A stretch of DNA of 32,000 nt, taken from Nitrospirales bacterium (GTDB taxonomy: Bacteria; Nitrospirota; Nitrospiria; Nitrospirales; UBA8639). Below the pieces are notes generated by a model. The model made no database searches. It was given only the letters and a program-made list of their open reading frames with translations, and was not told where the DNA came from. Each line of letters begins with the position of its first letter. Position 1 is the stretch's first letter. Positions 26,700 through 32,000 of this stretch are shown here, piece after piece. The translations under genes and the position numbers were made by a program. Location of the stretch: positions 123,545 through 155,544 of the forward strand of contig OZ241988.1 in the NCBI GenBank assembly GCA_965204475.1, given 5' to 3'.

Positions 26700-26966
26700 C
26701 TAGATGGAAGCAACCTTTTCGGACAGCCAGACCTTAATCAGTGACTGGTAAGGGACATCCCTCTTATTGGCCTCGGTCTTGATTTTCTCAAGCAGACCAA
26801 CCGGCAATCTTAGGGAAATCGGCTTGGTAGACGGTTTGAGATTGGGAAAACGGACGCGTTGGGCCTTGCTCCAGTCCACGTGGTCGGTCGAGTCGTGACT
26901 TTCCCAAAAGACCCGTTCTTTTCCCTCGCTTGCGAAGGTGGGAATCGATTTACGTTTCCTGTTCAT
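26700..26966 (-). CDS. brnA: BrnA-type (CopG/RHH-like) antitoxin, apparently orphan
   Basis: 88 aa. The family-typical string is FWESHDSTDHVDWSKAQRVRFPNLKPSTKPISLRLPVGLLEKIKTEANKRDVPYQSLIKVWL. No intact DUF497/BrnT ORF lies upstream. Confidence 0.8.
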   Translation of the reverse strand: MNRKRKSIPTFASEGKERVFWESHDSTDHVDWSKAQRVRFPNLKPSTKPISLRLPVGLLEKIKTEANKRDVPYQSLIKVWLSEKVASI

Positions 26967-27043
26967 AGCGGTCTCGCTCCTTGCGGCTCATCATAAACAC
27001 AACGCATCAAGGAAATCCACTGTGATCCGCGTTCTTCAACCTC

Positions 27044-28177
27044 ATGGCTGGCTGGGCCAGAAGCAAAGACCAACGCTACACTGCACAAAAGAATAGCTGG
27101 ACCGCTACGATGGCTACTATTTACAGGCAAATAGGTGCTCTGACTCAGCTACTTGATGAACTCAAAAGAGAAGGGATAGGTGCCTTCAGAACGCTGGATG
27201 ACATTCGGTCATTTCATAATGATTACAATAATTCCCTTGATCGTATCAGGGCAAAATACGGTGAAATTCTGAGAAAGGAAGTTGTTGATCTTGAGTCAAA
27301 ATATACACAAATAGCAATGAAACTGGATCGGAAAATTGAAGTCAGAGAAACTTTGTTAAAAGATGAATTGGAAGAATTGAAAAGGATTCTTGCCAGAAAC
27401 GACAACCGGAATATTTTGATGCGATTGTTTTTCTTTTTTCGGAAAAAGAGATTAACGAAGAGAAAGACAATTTTGGAAAACTCTTTTGAGAACGAAGTGG
27501 AAAGACCGTTCAGGAAAGGATTTGCAAAGATTGACAGTCTGAGGGCTGAAATCGAGGATAGAAAAAATAACGCCGATAATTGGGTGGGACGCTATTCAGC
27601 CAGTGATATAGAAGAACAGCAAAGAATCTTTTCGGTTTTAAGGAAACACAAATACCTGATTTATGGAGCCGAAGGGGAGGAAAGGGTGGCTCGGGAACTA
27701 TCAAAACTTCCTGATACGTATACCGTCATCAATGATTACAGGTTGGAATTTTCTCCACCTATGTATGACAAAAACAATGACGACAGAATCAAATCAATAC
27801 AGATAGATCATGTTGTGGTCGGCCCCACCGGTCTTTATTTGGTGGAAACAAAGAATTGGAGTAGGGATTCAGTGGAAAACACGGAATTATTTTCTCCAAT
27901 AAAGCAATTGAGAAGAAGTAATTATGCGATTTTTGTATTGCTGAATCAGGCCGTCGAGAGAAGAGTCATCGATAACTTTTCCAACCACTGGGGTGACAGA
28001 AAAATATCCCCGAAATCAATCCTCTGCTTACTAAATCACAGGCCACCTCAGGCATTTCAGTATGTGACGACGCTGTCCGAGAATCAGATTACATATTATG
28101 TCAAAAATCAAAGGGAGGCGTTTAGTCACAGGGAAGTGCAATCTCTTGCTGAAAACTTACTTTCCCGGATTACATGA
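27044..28177 (+). CDS. NERD (nuclease-related domain) protein with a long N-terminal coiled-coil-like region
   Basis: 377 aa and visibly AT-rich relative to its flanks. NERD core: YGAEGEERVARELSKLPDTYTVINDYRL...IQIDHVVVGPTGLYLVETKNW. An alternative start exists at 27110. Confidence 0.75.
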   Translation: MAGWARSKDQRYTAQKNSWTATMATIYRQIGALTQLLDELKREGIGAFRTLDDIRSFHNDYNNSLDRIRAKYGEILRKEVVDLESKYTQIAMKLDRKIEVRETLLKDELEELKRILARNDNRNILMRLFFFFRKKRLTKRKTILENSFENEVERPFRKGFAKIDSLRAEIEDRKNNADNWVGRYSASDIEEQQRIFSVLRKHKYLIYGAEGEERVARELSKLPDTYTVINDYRLEFSPPMYDKNNDDRIKSIQIDHVVVGPTGLYLVETKNWSRDSVENTELFSPIKQLRRSNYAIFVLLNQAVERRVIDNFSNHWGDRKISPKSILCLLNHRPPQAFQYVTTLSENQITYYVKNQREAFSHREVQSLAENLLSRIT

Positions 28178-28246
28178 ACTCGGATTACAGCCCTTCGCTG
28201 GCACCATCGATGAGCAGTCGAGAAACAAAGGGTTGCAAGACGTTCA

Positions 28247-28266
28247 GCGGAACCGTTTCGCTTTTT
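28247..28266 (+). terminator. Candidate intrinsic terminator after the NERD gene
   Basis: GCGGAA-ccg-TTTCGC (6 bp including one G-U pair) followed by TTTTT. Confidence 0.3.
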
Positions 28267-28327
28267 GCCAGAACAGTCCCGACGTGATATTTTGAAAAAT
28301 CGGTTGGTCTGAAGAAAGGTTTATCCA

Positions 28328-30112
28328 TTGACCACAGAACGGATACAAGCGTTTCGTGCGGAAATCACGCGGAGAGGTCTGTCCGGGTTCATCGTCCCTC
28401 ATGCGGATGAGTACCAGAATGAGTATGTGCCGGCCTGTGCCGAACGGTTGGCGTGGTTGACGGGGTTTACGGGTTCGGCGGGGACCGCGGTGGTGCTTTC
28501 CGGGCAGGCCGCCATCTTCGTGGACGGACGTTACACCCTGCAAGTCCGCTCGCAAGTCAACGTGCAGGTGTGGACCCCACGGCAGTTCATGGAAGAACCG
28601 GTGCATTCGTGGTTGTCGACCGCTCTCCGGCCCGGCGACAGATTGGGCTATGACCCGTGGCTGCATACACCCGATGAAGTCAAACAATTGAAAGAAGCCT
28701 GTGCCAAAGCCGGCGCCGCGTTGAAGCCATGCGAACCGAATCCCGTCGATGCCATATGGGATGATCGTCCCGCCCCTCCCGCGGCGAAAGTGGTGCCGCA
28801 CGATCTCGCCTATGCGGGCAAGTCCTCGGAAGATAAGCGGCACGAGTTGTCCATGACGTTAAAGAGCAATGAAATCGGGGTGGCCGTTCTGACGGCGCCG
28901 GATTCCATCGCTTGGCTTTTGAACGTGCGTGGCAATGACGTGGAACATACGCCGTTACCTCTCGGCTTTGCCCTGCTTCATCGGGACGCCACGGCGTCGC
29001 TGTTTCTCGATACGAACAAGGTGTCCGATACCCTGGTTTCACACTTGGGCCCGGCCGTGCGGATTCGTCCCGTCTCCGAATTTCATCACGCCTTGGAACA
29101 ATTGGGAAAAACGGGCGAACGCGTGTTGTGCGACCCGAGGCGCACGGCGAGCTGGATTTCCGAACGCCTGATTCGATCCGGAGCCCGGGTGATCGAAGGG
29201 GAAGACCCGTGCCTCTTGCCCAAGGCCTGCAAAAACACGGTCGAGATCAATGGCGCGCGGGAAGCGCAGAAGAGAGACGGTGCCGCGGTGTGTGAATTTT
29301 TCGCATGGTTGAGCCATGAAGCGCGGTCAGGGCAACTCTCCGAACTCGACGCCCAAGCGTACCTGGATACCTGTCGCCGCCGGCAACCGCTCTGGCAGGA
29401 TATGAGTTTCCCCACGATTTCGGCGGCTGGCCCCAATGGGGCCGTCGTGCATTACCGGGCTACAGATGAACAGTGTCGAAGGCTTGAGCCCGGCACGTTG
29501 TATCTGGTGGATTCAGGAGGGCAGTATTTGGACGGCACGACCGACATCACCAGAACGGTGGCCATCGGGTCGCCAACACCAGAGTGCCGGGATCGGTACA
29601 CCAGGGTTCTCAAAGGACACATTGCCCTCGCCAAGGCCACGTTTCCGAAAGGAACGAGCGGCGCGCAACTCGATGCCTTGGCCCGGCGGCCACTGTGGGA
29701 AGTGGGGTTGGATTATGCACATGGGACCGGGCACGGGGTGGGGAGTTACCTGGGCGTCCACGAAGGCCCGCAGCGTATCTCCAAGGGAGGGTATGGGGTC
29801 GCGTTGCAACCCGGGATGATCCTGTCGAACGAACCCGGGTATTACAAAGACGGAGAATACGGGATCAGGTTGGAAAACCTCGTTGTCGTGGTCCCCGCGA
29901 CGACGGATGGCAACGAGGGCCGGGAATGGTTCGCGTTCGAGACGATCACGCTTGTGCCGTTTGATGCCTCGCTGATCGACAGGTCTGTGTTGAATGCAAC
30001 GGAAAGAGATTGGCTCGATGCCTATCACGTCCGTGTACGAGAAGTCATCGGGCCGCTGGTTGATTCGTCCACCGCGGCCTGGTTGGAGCAGGCGACGAAA
30101 CGAATCACCTAA
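28328..30112 (+). CDS. pepP: Xaa-Pro aminopeptidase (M24B, three-domain aminopeptidase P type)
   Basis: 594 aa with a TTG start. Metal-ligand motifs: YLVDSGGQYLDGTTDITRT, HGTGHGVGSYLGVHEGP, SNEPGYY. Confidence 0.88.
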   Translation: MTTERIQAFRAEITRRGLSGFIVPHADEYQNEYVPACAERLAWLTGFTGSAGTAVVLSGQAAIFVDGRYTLQVRSQVNVQVWTPRQFMEEPVHSWLSTALRPGDRLGYDPWLHTPDEVKQLKEACAKAGAALKPCEPNPVDAIWDDRPAPPAAKVVPHDLAYAGKSSEDKRHELSMTLKSNEIGVAVLTAPDSIAWLLNVRGNDVEHTPLPLGFALLHRDATASLFLDTNKVSDTLVSHLGPAVRIRPVSEFHHALEQLGKTGERVLCDPRRTASWISERLIRSGARVIEGEDPCLLPKACKNTVEINGAREAQKRDGAAVCEFFAWLSHEARSGQLSELDAQAYLDTCRRRQPLWQDMSFPTISAAGPNGAVVHYRATDEQCRRLEPGTLYLVDSGGQYLDGTTDITRTVAIGSPTPECRDRYTRVLKGHIALAKATFPKGTSGAQLDALARRPLWEVGLDYAHGTGHGVGSYLGVHEGPQRISKGGYGVALQPGMILSNEPGYYKDGEYGIRLENLVVVVPATTDGNEGREWFAFETITLVPFDASLIDRSVLNATERDWLDAYHVRVREVIGPLVDSSTAAWLEQATKRIT

Positions 30113-30187
30113 GTCCTCTATTTCTCCTCTCCTCTTGTGGGAGAGGTCCGGGGTGAGGAGGGAAATTGTCAAGAAGTGAGTGAAGTC

Positions 30188-30487
30188 ATGACGGATGAAC
30201 AGATTGTCGAGCGCATACGCGCGCAATTGGGCCAGACCGGGGCCGTGGACGAGGTGTCGGTCAAGGGAGACCTGCTTCAACTGCACGTGACCGAGGAGTT
30301 TTACCGGCGGTTGGCCGTGGATCGGGATCGCGGCAGAAAGATCGTGCTGATGTTGATGCAGCAGATGAAGTCGTTGACGGGGCTCCAGGACGTGACCGTG
30401 AGAGTGTACAGTCAAAATGAAAAGCTGATCGAAGGCAAAGTCAAGGCGTTCGGGGGAGATAATGTCGCGTACATGTTGGACTTGTAA
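30188..30487 (+). CDS. Hypothetical protein (~99 aa)
   Basis: Open frame with native-looking GC. I prefer the ATG at 30188 (MTDEQIVERIRAQL...) to 30137. I recognise no motif. Confidence 0.45.
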   Translation: MTDEQIVERIRAQLGQTGAVDEVSVKGDLLQLHVTEEFYRRLAVDRDRGRKIVLMLMQQMKSLTGLQDVTVRVYSQNEKLIEGKVKAFGGDNVAYMLDL

Positions 30488-30510
30488 GGTTGGAAGCCGG
30501 TTTTTTGGGA

Positions 30511-30678
30511 TCACCCCCGTTGCTTACCTCCGATGTAGTCAAACAATACCTGTTTTGTGGTGAAAGAAGCACGAGACGGCAGGGGTTCGACGTTTTGGAG
30601 TTCGATAATAAATGAGCGATCATCATACTCCATGATCGGAAAGCCTTTTCCCTTCAGGTGGGCTACCACGTCTTTCAT
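30511..30678 (-). CDS. Small hypothetical protein (55 aa), below the ORF-track size cut-off
   Basis: AAGGAG lies 8 nt upstream of the ATG at 30678. Translation: MKDVVAHLKGKGFPIMEYDDRSFIIELQNVEPLPSRASFTTKQVLFDYIGGKQRG. It shows only a vague YcfA/HicA-like N-terminal pattern. Confidence 0.4.
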   Translation of the reverse strand: MKDVVAHLKGKGFPIMEYDDRSFIIELQNVEPLPSRASFTTKQVLFDYIGGKQRG

Positions 30679-30920
30679 TAACGCGACTCCTTAAGCATAT
30701 TGACAAAAGACACAATTGAAAACGTCTCCTTGTTCATGGCGGGCTCGTTGTGTCGCATGCCAATAGCTTAATCGGCAACTGGAAATCTGGAATCGTTGTG
30801 TCTTTATCACGGGATTTCTATGAGAGAAAAGTGAATGGAAAATTGTGGCATGCAACAGGGGCTGCGTAAGGTTATCCTTTTCTTGCAAGAAACATTTTTC
30901 CTACAGGGAGCTGAGTAGCC

Positions 30921-32000
30921 TTGTATAAGGGCCAAGAAAGTTCAGTTACGTACCAACCAGGATTTCTCGCGCGCCTGATTGTACCCAAAGCACGCTGGCG
31001 GTTGTCGTTGAAAGATCCCTGTATCATTAAACGCGACGGGAGACAATGGAAAATTCCTTTTGTCTCAGTCAAAGACGCTAATATCAGTACCCATCTGCTA
31101 TGGTGGAAGAAACTCATTATCCGCACCGATGGTGACAAGGCAGTATTTCTGCCTGGCTTATCAAGCTTCGCTGCCTCGAAGTTGCGTAACGCGATTGCGA
31201 GACGGGTCTGTCAACGTCTGCTCATTGAATTAGACGAAAAAGAAATAACGAGAAGGTTGGATAAGTTTTACAGACAGAAACAATATTTAGCCAACCGCGA
31301 CGTGAATCGCTGGCGCATAGAGTATCCTGCCACCCACCAATTGGGCCACGCCTTGCGACATCCTCTGTTTGATCAAAACGTTGTGACTTCTGATTTATCG
31401 AGTTTGTTCGTTCAAATCGAAGATTTACTCGGTAAGCGTACCAAACTGCACGAACATAACGAAGAATTTATAAAACAGGAACGAATACATCAGGCGGATT
31501 TCTTTGAACGTGTAGAGAAAAACCCTCTCACAAATGAACAGCGACGAGCGGCAATTGTCATGGAAGATCATCATTTGCTGATTGCCTCCGCAGGCTGTGG
31601 TAAGACCTCTGCTATTGTCGGAAAAATCGGCTATGCTCTGAAGAAAAATTTCTGTGCCCCATCACAAATCGTTACACTCGCTTTCAACAAAAACGCCGCG
31701 AATGAATTGAGACAAAGAATTAACGAGCGGCTTGGTAATTTGAACGGTCATGAGGTTAAGGTGGAAACTTTCCATGCTCTCGGCCTGCAATTTATCAGCG
31801 AGGCGAAGGGCATAAAACCCAGGGTTGCAGATTGGGCAGCTAATCTTGGTGAAAATCCCGGACAGATCGTAGAAGGACTTGTCAGCGAACTTTTGAAAGC
31901 CAACCCAAGTTTTGGCGTTCACTGGGCGAATTTTCTTTCGCATTTTCATTGGGAGATGAAACCTTTGTATTTCTTTCACAGTCGGAAAGAATATGAACTG
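30921..32000 (+). CDS. helD: DNA helicase IV (HelD)-like SF1/UvrD-family helicase, N-terminal part; the gene runs off the right edge
   Basis: Missing from the ORF track because it has no stop in the window. The frame is open from the stop at 30912-30914 to position 32000. There is no in-frame ATG before the helicase core, so a TTG start at 30921 is proposed (AGGGAG lies 10 nt upstream). The string QADFFERVEKNPLTNEQRRAAIVMEDHHLLIASAGCGKTSAIVGKIGYAL...IVTLAFNKNAANELRQRINERL...VETFHALGL parallels my recollection of E. coli HelD ([50 protein letters not shown]...LLLAFGRKAAEEMDERIRERL...ARTFHALAL). The region is AT-rich. Confidence 0.8.
   Translation, partial: MYKGQESSVTYQPGFLARLIVPKARWRLSLKDPCIIKRDGRQWKIPFVSVKDANISTHLLWWKKLIIRTDGDKAVFLPGLSSFAASKLRNAIARRVCQRLLIELDEKEITRRLDKFYRQKQYLANRDVNRWRIEYPATHQLGHALRHPLFDQNVVTSDLSSLFVQIEDLLGKRTKLHEHNEEFIKQERIHQADFFERVEKNPLTNEQRRAAIVMEDHHLLIASAGCGKTSAIVGKIGYALKKNFCAPSQIVTLAFNKNAANELRQRINERLGNLNGHEVKVETFHALGLQFISEAKGIKPRVADWAANLGENPGQIVEGLVSELLKANPSFGVHWANFLSHFHWEMKPLYFFHSRKEYEL

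Noticed and set aside
16471-26713. Long minus-strand ORFs across the rTCA genes (16471..17763, 18144..18986, 19946..20749, 20795..21850, 22597..23727, 24486..25769, 25766..26713)
   Set aside because: All are antisense to genes with unambiguous homology (aclB, aclA, acn, frdA-like, sucC, sucD). They are shadow ORFs caused by high GC.
28244-30514. Minus-strand ORFs 28244..28843 and 29513..30514 opposite pepP
   Set aside because: Antisense shadows. The plus strand carries M24 metal-ligand motifs.
30691-31138. Minus-strand ORFs 30691..30888 and 30872..31138, plus 31662..31979
   Set aside because: I recognise no motifs. The latter two overlap the continuous HelD-like plus-strand frame, and the first lies in the AT-rich upstream region where random ORFs are expected.

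Overview
High-GC bacterial chromosomal window with three blocks.

(1) 1-12.4 kb is a sterol biosynthesis and tailoring cluster. It holds a CYP51-type 14-demethylase that runs off the left edge and is missing from the ORF track. It also holds an ERG4/ERG24-family sterol reductase, a Rieske oxygenase next to a 3-beta-HSD-like dehydrogenase (the arrangement of the bacterial C-4 demethylase pair SdmA/SdmB), two diverged sterol C-24 methyltransferase paralogs, a second Rieske oxygenase, an amine-oxidase-like FAD oxidoreductase, an outer-membrane beta-barrel protein, and an unusual GPP34(GOLPH3)-cytochrome P450 fusion.

(2) 12.6-26.6 kb holds core carbon metabolism typical of a reductive-TCA autotroph: monomeric isocitrate dehydrogenase, a lone PilX-like gene, then aclB-aclA-aconitase-frdB-like-frdA-like-sucC-sucD on the plus strand.

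(3) 26.7-32 kb is an accessory patchwork. It contains an orphan BrnA-type antitoxin, a visibly AT-rich NERD-domain gene, a native Xaa-Pro aminopeptidase, two small ORFs, and an AT-rich helicase IV (HelD)-like gene that runs off the right edge and is also missing from the ORF track.

I saw no rRNA, tRNA or CRISPR array. The best candidate for a novel system is the sterol cluster, which sits directly beside ATP-citrate-lyase carbon-fixation genes and has similar base composition. Its most interesting parts are the dual SMTs, the dual Rieske oxygenases and the GPP34-P450 fusion. All homology calls come from motif recognition by eye. No database search was run.
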